Below, one piece after another: positions 20,470-29,754 of a DNA stretch of 64,000 nt (the first letter of the stretch is position 1; every line of letters begins with the position of its first letter). Both the position numbers and the translations under genes were made by a program. The stretch covers positions 1,312,001-1,376,000 of the forward strand of contig OZ219747.1 in the NCBI GenBank assembly GCA_964291265.2. The letters are read 5' to 3'. The DNA comes from Alphaproteobacteria bacterium. GTDB lineage: Bacteria > Pseudomonadota > Alphaproteobacteria > SP197. Below the pieces are notes generated by a model. It was not told the origin of the DNA, ran no database searches, and saw only the letters and a list, made by a program, of their open reading frames with translations.

Positions 20470-21026
20470 CGGCAGAGCGCAACACCCGCGACGGACTTCT
20501 GCCCGGTGACGGCACGGTGCGCGATATCGTCCATGCCATGATCCGGGTCGATCATGCCGGAGAATTCGGTGCCAAACGGATCTATGACGGACAACTCGCC
20601 GTGCTCGGTGGCACCCGGGCCGGCGAGGTCATTCGCGGCATGGCGGAACAGGAACAGAAACACCTCGACCGTTTCGATGAACTGATCGTCACGCGGCGGG
20701 TCCGGCCAACCGTGCTTTCGCCGTTATGGAATGTGGCGGGCTTTGCGCTTGGCCTCGGCTCCGCCCTCCTGGGCCCACGCGCCGCCATGGCCTGCACCGA
20801 GGCCGTCGAAAGCGTCATCAGCGAACACTACGCCAGCCAGGCCCGGCGTCTGGGAGGCGATGAGGCGGATCTCAGGGCCACCATCGAGGAGTTTCGCCAG
20901 GATGAGACGGCCCACCACGACACCGCTCTGGAGCACGGTGCCCGGGAAACGCCTGCGCACGACATTTTCACCGGTGCCATCCGCCGTGGCACACGCCTCG
21001 CCATCCTTCTTTCGACCAGGCTGTAA
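20466..21026 (+). CDS. coq7: Demethoxyubiquinone hydroxylase Coq7
   Basis: IRVDHAGEFGA.RIY.GQ, EQKH, AMACTEAVE and DETAH di-iron motifs. Confidence 0.93.
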   Translation: MTAERNTRDGLLPGDGTVRDIVHAMIRVDHAGEFGAKRIYDGQLAVLGGTRAGEVIRGMAEQEQKHLDRFDELIVTRRVRPTVLSPLWNVAGFALGLGSALLGPRAAMACTEAVESVISEHYASQARRLGGDEADLRATIEEFRQDETAHHDTALEHGARETPAHDIFTGAIRRGTRLAILLSTRL

Positions 21027-21301
21027 CAGGTCTTTGTGCGCCACCGGACCTTCGGCCCTGGCCCGGGCATGATGCCGTTCACGGCTTCGCGATGACGTCC
21101 GAATACCTCGACTCCCACAGCTGCGCCGACGCCGACAATGACTTCGCCGCGAACTACGGCCGGCCACGTGGTCGCCTTCCACCGCCCTCAGGAGATCGAG
21201 CTGCGCCAGGGCAAGCGCTTATCTGCCTGACCCGCAACGACACAGGCCTCGGCCCCGTCAACAGTGGCACGGCAGGGTCACGTTCCACCTCGAAGGCTTA
21301 A

Positions 21302-23084
21302 CCCGGTTCTGTCACCAAGGGGAATGATAGTGGAATGATGGCGTAATCTTCAGCCTCGGGCGCAGACAAGGTTCACTTTGATTGCGCTGTTGGCGGAATC
21401 GTGTCGCATTTGGGATAGTTTTTCGGCTCATATTGGCAGGCCAAGGGAGCCGAAAGCCGTTTTTAGCGTTCGTGCCTATGCCGGGACATGCGCCAGGCAC
21501 ACCCCTGGCGACGCCTTCGGGAGACGCTGTGATCAGACTGTGATGGGATGCAGCACACGCTATCCCGGCGGCGGCGCCTGGGCCGCGGCACGCAGGTTGA
21601 CGAGGGTGCGGGCGAACACCTCCTGCAAGGGGAAGATCGAGGCAAAGGAGAGGCGAAGCCGGCGCACCGTCTTCGTCACCCTGCCGGCAAGCTTGAACAA
21701 CCGGGAGCGTATGGTGTCGACGCGCCAGCGGGCACACTCGGTGCCGTGCAGGCCGACACGGCGCAGGATGTCGACGATGGCGCCGGCAAAGGCCGAGAAG
21801 TACATGCGCAGCTGGTTGGCCCGCATGACATGGCACGACGTGCGATCGGAGAACAGCCACAACTGCTGATCCTTGATCCGGTTCTCCATGTCTCCCCGAG
21901 CACAGTACCTCTGCTCATAGAGTTCCCGAGCGCCGACCTCCTTCCTGGAGATGCTCGTCACAATGTAACGAGCGTTCTTGCCGCGCGGTCCCGGTAGCCA
22001 TTCCGCCTTGGCCACCACTCGCCGCTCGCGGGACCATGACTTCTGCGTGCGATACCGCAGATCCCGATACCGTCTGGATGGCTTGCCGGACACCAGACAA
22101 CGCCGCCTCGACTTGTTGAGTGCCTTCGTGACCATGCTGTTCAAGCGAGGATTCTGACCATATCCAAAGACATAGTCGACACCATGGTCCTCGCACCAGA
22201 CCATGATGTCGTCCGTGCCGAAGTCACAATCCCCCCGCACCACGATCCGTGTCCGGGGCCACACGCCGCGGATCTGCTCAACGATCTGTGACAGCTCATC
22301 CACCGAGCCATCCGCCGCGCCATGGTCGGCCGTCCGCAACCGGCAGCGCAGGATGTGCTCGCCGCAGACGACGAACAGCGGCAGGAAGCAATGGTGGTCG
22401 TCATAGCCGTGGAAGTACTTGCCCTCCTGGTCGCCATGCACCGGATCGTCGGTGGCATCAAGATCCAGAACAATCTCCTCGGGCGGTTCCGCATGGCTCT
22501 CCAGAAACAGGTCCACAAGAAGACGGTCCAGTGCTTCGTGATCGGCCACGATCTTCTTATAGCGGTCCAGGCTCGCCTCATTCGGATCGCCGAGTTCCAG
22601 GCGGTTCAGCGTGCTCGAGGCCGCCAGCACATGTCCACGGTCCCGCTCGCGAACCCGTCTCGCTCCCTCCACATCGTCGATCCCGCAAGCCAGGGCCAGA
22701 GCAGGGTCGTCACGCAGACGGTCATGATCATTGAGATCCTCGTAACCCAGAGCCAAAGCGATGATGCGCTGCGCCACCAGTGTCGTCACATCGTGTTCAA
22801 TGCGACTGGGATCACGATAATCAACAAAAGCGTCAGCAACACGCTCCGTCACGTTGAAAAGCCTGTCTGCTTCCCGCAACAGAAGCGCACCACCGTCGGA
22901 GGTCATGCGGCCACCATCGAAATTGGCCACAATCTGCCGCCGTCCGAGACCTTCAAACTCCAGTTGTTGTGCTGGACACTGTGTCGCCATGTGGATGGGC
23001 TCCTTGGTGCATGTAACTCATTGGTCTTATTCATATATCACAAACCCCATCCCCATCAAAAGGAAACTTGGTGACAAATCTGGG
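21302..23084 (-). mobile_element. IS1380-family element, copy 1 (1783 bp)
   Basis: IRs CCCGGTTCTGTCACCAAG and CTTGGTGACAAATCTGGG; TTAA on both flanks (21298-21301 and 23085-23088). Confidence 0.93.
21560..22990 (-). CDS. IS1380 transposase
   Basis: FDGGRMTSDGG, GYEDLNDH, DLDATDD, RGD and RGDMENRIK motifs. Confidence 0.95.
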   Translation of the reverse strand: MATQCPAQQLEFEGLGRRQIVANFDGGRMTSDGGALLLREADRLFNVTERVADAFVDYRDPSRIEHDVTTLVAQRIIALALGYEDLNDHDRLRDDPALALACGIDDVEGARRVRERDRGHVLAASSTLNRLELGDPNEASLDRYKKIVADHEALDRLLVDLFLESHAEPPEEIVLDLDATDDPVHGDQEGKYFHGYDDHHCFLPLFVVCGEHILRCRLRTADHGAADGSVDELSQIVEQIRGVWPRTRIVVRGDCDFGTDDIMVWCEDHGVDYVFGYGQNPRLNSMVTKALNKSRRRCLVSGKPSRRYRDLRYRTQKSWSRERRVVAKAEWLPGPRGKNARYIVTSISRKEVGARELYEQRYCARGDMENRIKDQQLWLFSDRTSCHVMRANQLRMYFSAFAGAIVDILRRVGLHGTECARWRVDTIRSRLFKLAGRVTKTVRRLRLSFASIFPLQEVFARTLVNLRAAAQAPPPG

Positions 23085-23341
23085 TTAAGCGCATGCTCAA
23101 CCTTTCGGCCTGAAGCCCGCCACGTCGATCTCGCACGGGCCTTGACCGTGCATGCGTTCCGCCCGCACGGTCGATACCGTGATAGCCGCACTGAAGGCGA
23201 ATCATCCCATCTCGTCATGCAGAAGGGTTTGGAATTGAGTTCTCCCGTGCAGGCGACCGCGTCGAACTCGTCACGACAAGGAGACGCTCAAGGAGCGTCG
23301 CTTGAGGGCGCAATGGGCCTCGAGGCGGAAGCGGATGTTAG

Positions 23342-23729
23342 TCCGAAGTTCCAGCACCGATCAGACGTATCGTTATGAATGTATTGACGTTTGGGAGAAT
23401 CTGGTGTGTCGCTACTGGGAATGCTAGAGGCGCACGCCGAGGTGGTTCAGGGCCTCTTTCTGGAGCGTCGTGGGCCGCATGGTGACCTGGAAGGGCCGCG
23501 GGGTTTCGACTTTCTTCATGGGCCAGGAGGAGAGATTGTTGGCGGGGGGCTCATGCGGTTGGGGACGATGTCTGTGTACATGGCAACGTATATGAGGGCG
23601 ACAGCCGCCTGTGTCAACAGAGTGTTTCACCGTTACATGGGAACTTCTGCATGTCGCTTCTGTGCGATTTTATCAGTAAGATCAACTACTTGATGTGGTT
23701 GTAGCGCTGAAATCGTCCGGAACTTCGGG
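23342..23729 (-). mobile_element. Internally deleted IS1634-family derivative (MITE-like, 388 bp)
   Basis: IRs TCCGAAGTTCC and GGAACTTCGGG flanked by TTAG on both sides. It retains the transposase N-terminus MYTDIVPNR and C-terminus RPTTLQKEALNHLGVRL. Confidence 0.8.
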
Positions 23730-24121
23730 TTAGGCCGCGACAAGGTTCGATCGAGCGACCGAGCCATGTCGCGGGAATGAACGGGCGCCGAAGGACGAGG
23801 ATCGTGGCTCGAGTTGGTAGGCGCGGGTGCCCACGTGTCGGCCAGTCAGTCGAAGCCGTGTCGTCGGCGTGATGTGGGCGCAAGCGAGTCATGCGCACCT
23901 GACGGGATCAGCAAGAGGCCCTTGTAGGTCGATGTGAGGCGAAACCGGAGGTTGGGTCAGTCTCGCAACGGAGTTCCTGTCGAGCGGAAGGATGCGTGCT
24001 GTCGCAGTTTCGCAGACAGTTCTTTCTTCCTACCATGGGCATTCACGTCCGCTGCGCCGGGGGGCCTGATCGGACTGGCGCTCGACGTTCGAGGAGTACG
24101 GGGTCAGCCGGGAGTGTCCAG

Positions 24122-25222
24122 ATGAAAATCGTCGACGTGACGCCGTTTCTGGTCGGTCCGAGGCCGAGTTCGGACGGCTGGTCCGAGGGCCAGACCATGG
24201 TGTTCGTGAAACTGGAGACGGACCAGGGCCTTGTCGGCTGGGGCGAAGCCTATGCTCTCACCTACCGGGAACCCGCGACGTGCGAGATCATCATCGTCCT
24301 TGGCGAGGCCCTGAAACAGATGCCGCACACCAGTCCGCGCGCCTTCCTGCATCACGTCGTGGAACCCATGTCGTACAAGCATCCCGGGATCGACTATGCG
24401 TCGGCGGCGAGCGCGGTCGAGGTCGCGCTCTGGGATCTCGCCGGACAAGCGGCGCAGATGCCCGTGCACGCGATGCTCGGCGGCGCCATCATCGACCGGG
24501 TGCCGGTCTACGCCAACGCCTGGGACGGGCCGGTCCAGACGCCTCGGGCCATTGCGGAGCGATGTGCGATGATGCGTTCCGAAGGCTATGGCGCCGTCAA
24601 GATCTACCCCCTGCGCCAGGCCACCCTGGAGGATGCCGAGGCCTGCGTCCGCCTGACCCGGGAAGCGGTCGGCTGGGATGTCGACATCATGCTCGATTTC
24701 GCCGTCCAGAAGGACCGTCGCCACGCGCTTCGGGCCGCCCGACTGTTCGAGCCCTACGCTCCCTTCTGGATCGAGGAACCGCTCGCCGGGGACGACCTTG
24801 ATGGTCTGGCCGAATTCCGCGCCAGCACGACATCGCGCATCACCACCGGCGAGCGCCAGTCGGGTGTGCGCCATTACCGCAACCTCCTCGACAGGAGGGC
24901 AGCCGATGTCCTCAATCCCGACATCGTCGGGGCCGGCGGCATCGTGACGATGCTCGAAATCGGCGCCATGGCGGACGCCCACTCGGTGCTCATCTCACCC
25001 CATTGCTGGAACAGCACGACCGTGGCCTTCGTCGCCATGCTGCATACCTGCGCCGTGATGCCGAATGCCATTCATGGTGAGCTCTACTACGACTACCTGG
25101 AACTCGGCGCCGAGTTCGCCACCTGCGACTATGTCATCAAGGACGGCATGGCCAGCCTGCCCCGGGCGCCGGGACTTGGCGTGACGGTCGACGAGACCGT
25201 CCTGCGCTCCCTCGCTCCCTGA
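24122..25222 (+). CDS. Mandelate racemase / galactonate dehydratase-like enolase superfamily enzyme
   Basis: GLVGWGE, VALWDLAG, YANAW, KIYP, WIEEP, TGE and SPH motifs. Confidence 0.9.
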   Translation: MKIVDVTPFLVGPRPSSDGWSEGQTMVFVKLETDQGLVGWGEAYALTYREPATCEIIIVLGEALKQMPHTSPRAFLHHVVEPMSYKHPGIDYASAASAVEVALWDLAGQAAQMPVHAMLGGAIIDRVPVYANAWDGPVQTPRAIAERCAMMRSEGYGAVKIYPLRQATLEDAEACVRLTREAVGWDVDIMLDFAVQKDRRHALRAARLFEPYAPFWIEEPLAGDDLDGLAEFRASTTSRITTGERQSGVRHYRNLLDRRAADVLNPDIVGAGGIVTMLEIGAMADAHSVLISPHCWNSTTVAFVAMLHTCAVMPNAIHGELYYDYLELGAEFATCDYVIKDGMASLPRAPGLGVTVDETVLRSLAP

Positions 25223-25321
25223 GCACATCGCGTTCAAGACCTTGGCGGACATGCGAAGCGCGACCGATCGACACAACCGTCGCAGCGGTTGTACCGGATT
25301 GCAACCCCGGCCGCCGACGCG

Positions 25322-26647
25322 CTAGGCGACGAAAACGAAGTCGAAGTCGTCGATGGTCAGGGTGTTCATACGGGTGTCGACCAGCGTGATGGTGTCTCCC
25401 GCATCGCCGTAGCCGATGACGGTATCGCGGCCGTCCCGGCGGATCTTCAGCGACTCGAAAGCGGCTTCGTCCGATGTGTCGCCCGGAACGTTGAGGTGAA
25501 GCTGGATGATGTCCGTCTCCCCATTGGCCAAGGCCCTCTTCCGGGCCGCATTCTCAGCTTTGAGAGTGGGATGGTACACGTTGCTGCCACTGAACCCGAA
25601 GCCGAAATCCTCGATCGTGTCCTGCCCGTCACCCTCGTGGAACACGAAGGTATCGGCTCCCCAGCCGCTTTCCATGGTGTCATTGCCCTTGCCGCCAACC
25701 ATGGTGTTGTCGTCCCAGCTGGCCTCCAGGGTGTCGTCGCCGGCCCCGCCGTGGAGCTCGTTGTTGCCGTGGGAGACGGTAAGGGTGTCGTTGCCGTCGC
25801 CGCCGTGGAGTTCGTCGTCTCCATGGCCACCTGTCAGGGTATCGTCGCCGTCGCCGCCGTGGAGCTCGTTGTTGCCGCGGGAGACGGTAAGGGTGTCGTT
25901 GCCGTCGCCGCCGTGGAGTTCGTCGTCTCCATGGCCACCTGTCAGGGTATCGTTGCCGGCATAGCCGTAGAGGCATGTGTCGCTCCATATGGCCTCTAAA
26001 GTGTCGTCGCCACTGGTGCCGTAGAGGATAATGACGCAGTCGTGGGGATTGTCGGCTTCGAGGGTGCCGTCGCCCTCGCGACCAAGGATCTTGTCCTCGC
26101 CATCCCCATTATTACTGACGTCGAGCGGCTTATCACCCGAAGTGTCCGGGATCGTGTCCCCGCCGCCGTCGTTGTTGGCATTCGGGTCGCCACCGTCGTT
26201 GTCGTTGTCGAGGGGGTTGCCGCCATCGCCAGCAGGCAGGATGAAGTCGTTCGCATCCAAGCTGTCTGCCGACACGCCCGACAGCGTGATGGTATCGCCG
26301 GCGTTGCCGTAGCGAATGACAGTATCGGCGCCGCTCTTCTCGATGATCAGCGCCGCAAACCCGCCGGATACGCCATCCAGACGAATCCTGTCGCCGTCCC
26401 CGAAGTCGGTGATCGTGTCGGCGCCGTCTCCCGCCTCGAACACGAAGGTGTCGGCGCCGCGGCCACCCGTCAGCGTATCGTCGCCGTCGCCGCCGATCAG
26501 CGTGTCGCCGCCCTTGCCGCCCCCCAGCGTGTCGGAGCCAGCGCCGCCGGTCAGCGTGTCAGCGCCCTTGCGGCCCCGTAGAACGTCGTCGCCGTCGCCG
26601 CCAGTCAGCGTGTCAGCGCCCCGGCCGCCAGTCCGCTCGATAGCCAT
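25322..26647 (-). CDS. RTX / haemolysin-type calcium-binding repeat protein (probable type I secretion substrate)
   Basis: Many GGxGxDxLx nonapeptides, two GADTFVF...DTITDF modules and an AGGAGG RBS. Confidence 0.92.
   Translation of the reverse strand: MAIERTGGRGADTLTGGDGDDVLRGRKGADTLTGGAGSDTLGGGKGGDTLIGGDGDDTLTGGRGADTFVFEAGDGADTITDFGDGDRIRLDGVSGGFAALIIEKSGADTVIRYGNAGDTITLSGVSADSLDANDFILPAGDGGNPLDNDNDGGDPNANNDGGGDTIPDTSGDKPLDVSNNGDGEDKILGREGDGTLEADNPHDCVIILYGTSGDDTLEAIWSDTCLYGYAGNDTLTGGHGDDELHGGDGNDTLTVSRGNNELHGGDGDDTLTGGHGDDELHGGDGNDTLTVSHGNNELHGGAGDDTLEASWDDNTMVGGKGNDTMESGWGADTFVFHEGDGQDTIEDFGFGFSGSNVYHPTLKAENAARKRALANGETDIIQLHLNVPGDTSDEAAFESLKIRRDGRDTVIGYGDAGDTITLVDTRMNTLTIDDFDFVFVA
25744..25955 (-). 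repeat. Internal tandem duplication of about 108 bp (36 aa) in the RTX gene
   Basis: DTLTGGHGDDELHGGDGNDTLTVS(R/H)GNNELHGG occurs twice with near-identical DNA. Confidence 0.8.
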
Positions 26648-26676
26648 GGTAGAACCTCCTGATTGCTATGACGCAT

Positions 26677-26709
26677 ACTTTACCCCCCCCCCCCCCCCCC
26701 CGCCGTCAA
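26677..26709 (-). promoter_or_regulatory. Sigma70-like promoter of the RTX gene with a G19 tract in the spacer
   Basis: Minus strand: TTGACG (26709-26704), GC plus G19, TAAAGT (26682-26677). It lies 30 nt upstream of the ATG. Confidence 0.75.
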
Positions 26710-26807
26710 ACAAGTCCGAGCAGATTTTTTTTGTCGTCCCGACGCTCGGCGCACGCAGGCTGATTTTGGGGGTGGACATCCCGTTTTCGCTGTGGCAGTG
26801 TGCCGGC

Positions 26808-27212
26808 ATGACGACGCTTGTGACCCCGGATTCCCCTATCGACCTTCGCGAGGTGACGGTGCGGCCGACCCGTGGCGCACGTGAGCACCGGCTCTGGGAT
26901 CGTCTGGTCAAGGAGCATCACTACCTGCGGTTTCACGGCATCATCGGCAAGGGCCTGCGCCATGTCGCCCTGCACGGCGAGACCTGGGTGGCGCTGGTCG
27001 GCTGGCAGCCGGGCTCGTTCAAGCTTGCTGCACGCGACCGCTGGATCGGCTGGACTGCGGAGCAGCAGTTCCGCCGCCTGCATCTGATCGCGAACAATTC
27101 CCGGTTCGTCATTCTTGGCCCGAGAGGGGTGCCGAACCTGGCGTCCCGCGTGCTCGGCCTGAGCCTTCGGCGGCTGTCCGCCGACATCGAGGCGGCGCAC
27201 GGATATCCGGTG
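26808..27212 (+). pseudogene. DUF4338 (DruA-like, transposase-associated) domain, truncated
   Basis: EHHYL, AARDRWIGW, IANNSRF and NLASRVL motifs. The homology breaks after HGYPV, where intron-derived sequence begins. Confidence 0.8.
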
Positions 27213-27361
27213 TCGGAGAACCCCATGCACGTCCGCACGCCTTCTGTTGGGACCCTGGGAGGTCTTCGAACTATCCCGCCTGTCGTGGCGGGACCGTGTA
27301 GGGAAAGGAGAAAGCCGAAGCCTATGATGGATGGTTTGAAGAAGTCGGATGGGGCCGTAGG
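27208..27361 (+). ncRNA. Internal fragment of the outer group II intron RNA (5'-truncated copy of the intron starting at 63030)
   Basis: Near-identical to 63268-63421 (offset 36060). Confidence 0.8.
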
Positions 27362-28560
27362 GTGTGCTGGGCAGCGCCCAGATCAGGTGGGTTCAAGTCC
27401 CACTGGCGCTCGGGTAAGGGGCGCCATATCCAAAAGCGGGGGTCATTCCTCGCTGGCCGGGGTGAGCGAATAAGCGACGCCCTAAACGGGCACGAAGTTG
27501 GAAACGACGGACACTGCCAAGGGAAGAGCTAAGTTGGTTCACTGTCGAGAGACAACCGGAGGGCAGGGTGTCCACCGTGAGGTGGAATCTGAAGGGCTTG
27601 CGGAGAAGTACCGGGCCGTAATCGAGGGGGCGACCCCATGATGAATCGGTCGGCCAAAGACGGGGCAAGGTCGAGCCGGCACTATGGCGGCGAAGGCGTT
27701 CTTACTCACCCGTCGCACCAAGGTGTTTGCGAACGGCACGGTACGGAAGATCTGGACGTGACCCCAGGAGGGCTCGTCGTGTTCCCGGGTGGCACCGGGA
27801 TAACGGCCCCTATAAGCCGAGAGGCGAAGTGAGAAAGGATGCACGGCGAGCAATCGGACAACCGAATAGTACCACAAGCCCGGTGAAAGCCGGGTGACCG
27901 CGCGAGCGGCGACCGGGTGGGTCGGGGAAGGCGGTTGGCAGAGGTGGTTGGTGAGAGACGGTGAAGGAGCGAGTAAGGATCATGACGCGGACAAGTTCCA
28001 TGAGCGAAAGACCCGGACGTCATGGGCCGAGGAGACTGGTTCACTGGCTCAACCTGACGGGAGAAAGGAAGGTCCACTCACTGGTGGACAAGGTGTACAA
28101 GCGGAAGAATCTTGAGGTGGCCTGGGAGAAGGTCAAGCGCAACCGCGGTGCCGGTGGCGTGGATGGAGAGAACCTGGCGGCGTTCGAGGCATCGCTTGAT
28201 GCGAATCTCGATCGCTTGCACCGAGAGTTGCGGGACGGTGATTACGGTCCGCAGCCGGTTCTCCAACGCCTGATTCCCAAGGCGGGCCAGCCGGGGAAGC
28301 TACGTCCTCTTGGCATCCCGACGATTTACGATCGGGTGTGTCAGCAGGCGCTGCTGAACCGGCTGGAGTCGATCTTCGAGCCGATTTTCGATGATGCCAA
28401 CTTCGGGTATCGGCAAGGGAGGTCCGCCCATGGAGCACTACGCAAGATATGGAAGGAACTGGACGAGGGCCGGGAGTGGGTTGTTGACGCGGATTTGCAG
28501 GATTTCTTCGGATCCGTGGACCACGCGAAGCTTCTTGAGCTTGTGAACCAGCGCGTCAAC
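27362..28560 (+). mobile_element. Inner group II intron (RT-encoding), 3'-truncated
   Basis: GTGTG start (+/-1 nt), about 600 nt of structured RNA, then the RT ORF. No DV or DVI is present. Confidence 0.8.
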
Positions 28561-28575
28561 AATCCACAGGGCTGA
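27961..28575 (+). pseudogene. ltrA: Group II intron reverse transcriptase/maturase, truncated after RT domain 3
   Basis: AWEKVKRNRGAGGVDG, RPLGIPTIYDRVCQ, GYRQGRS and VVDADLQDFF motifs; no PQG or YADD. Confidence 0.9.
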
Positions 28576-28976
28576 AAAAAGAATGGTCCTGCAAGTCCGA
28601 GACATCTGCGCTCATGGTGCCTGTTCGGCCACAGTGGGTGGTGTTCCAGGTCCGGGCGGCCCTGTGTTCCGGCGTGTTGGGTTGTCCGTCTGCCGGGGTC
28701 CGGCGTGCCTGCCACCGATCGGCGTCATCGTCACGCTGTCGATGAAGGGCGCATGCCCGTCAGCGACATGATCGCGCAAGCCATCCTCCATGCCCCGAAG
28801 GGGCCCGGGCATCATACTGTCTTGGTATGGCGCCGCCGATCAACTGCACAAACCGGCGTGCGGTCCAGGCCTGTTCCGGGTAGGGAAGCATCGGGTTCAA
28901 GCCGTCAACATCAGATGATTGACGCGCAGAACATGTCGTGTATCGACGACATCGACCTTATGTCGGGTCGGCCGCG

Positions 28977-29603
28977 TCAGTCCGAGACGAGTTCGCTGTC
29001 CCAGTAGAGGTAGTCGCGCCAGTGTTCGTGGAGGAAGTTGGGCGGGAAGGACTGTCCGTTGCGGCGAAGCTGGAAGGTCGTCGGAGGAGCCGGCCTGGCG
29101 AGAGGGAACATCCGCGCCTCGCCAGGCATCCGGTTGCCCTTCGTCATGTTGCAGGACCGGCAGGCCGTGACGACATTGCTCCAGGTAGCCCGACCTCCGC
29201 GCGAGCGGGGGATCACATGGTCGAATGTGAGGTCCCGGGTCTCGAAGCGCAACCCGCAGTACTGGCAGGAGAACCGGTCGCGCAGGAACACGTTGAACCG
29301 GGTGAATGCCGGACGCTTGTTGATCGGAATGTAGTGTCGCAGGGCAATGACGCTGGGAAGCCGCATTTCGAACGACGGCGAGCGGATCGTGAGGTCATAG
29401 GCACTCACGGCCTCCACGCGATCGAGAAACACCGCCTTGACCGCTTCCTGCCACGGCCAGACCGAAAGCGGGAAGTAGCTCAGCGGCTTGTAGTCCGCAT
29501 TGAGGACCAGAGCCGGACATGTCTGGAGCGATACCACTGGCTGTGTTTCCGAGGGTGAGAAATCCAAAACATCGGCGTCATTCGGCGGCATCATAGCGGC
29601 CAA
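28977..29603 (-). CDS. HNH endonuclease family protein
   Basis: LVLNADYKPL, RDRFSCQYCG, DHVIPRSRGG and NVVTACRSCN..KG motifs. Confidence 0.92.
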   Translation of the reverse strand: MAAMMPPNDADVLDFSPSETQPVVSLQTCPALVLNADYKPLSYFPLSVWPWQEAVKAVFLDRVEAVSAYDLTIRSPSFEMRLPSVIALRHYIPINKRPAFTRFNVFLRDRFSCQYCGLRFETRDLTFDHVIPRSRGGRATWSNVVTACRSCNMTKGNRMPGEARMFPLARPAPPTTFQLRRNGQSFPPNFLHEHWRDYLYWDSELVSD

Positions 29604-29754
29604 CGGCCAGATGTTAAGTCTCGGGATCGTGTTCCCTTGCGGCCGTGCGACAGTGGAGTTGTCCCGCCACGGGCCATGGACTCGTTCCGTCCATCCATCA
29701 TATCAGTTTCGTGACCCCAATTGCGGGTCATGCAACGACAAGGGGGGGTGGCTG

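Noticed and set aside
26808-27212. Druantia defence system
   Set aside because: Only a truncated DUF4338 domain is present, with no DruE helicase or partner genes. This domain is commonly transposase-associated.
26316-27473. 385-aa ORF with a polyproline run
   Set aside because: It is a chimera of RTX antisense sequence, the poly-C promoter tract, the DUF4338 fragment and intron RNA.
27961-28575. Retron, DGR or CRISPR-associated RT
   Set aside because: The RT0 domain and the upstream group II RNA identify it as an intron maturase. No msr/msd, TR/VR pair or cas gene is nearby.
28615-28623. Possible att duplicate of the tRNA-Leu 3' end (ATGGTGCCT)
   Set aside because: The match is only about 9 bp, which is expected by chance, and there is no integrase.
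28569-28870. ISAs1-like end (CAGGGCTG) at the RT truncation point
   Set aside because: It is plausible, but I found no partner IR or recognisable transposase sequence to support a call.
28977-29603. HNH nuclease as part of the intron or a defence system
   Set aside because: It is on the opposite strand, stands alone, and looks like the ordinary conserved alphaproteobacterial HNH family next to core genes.
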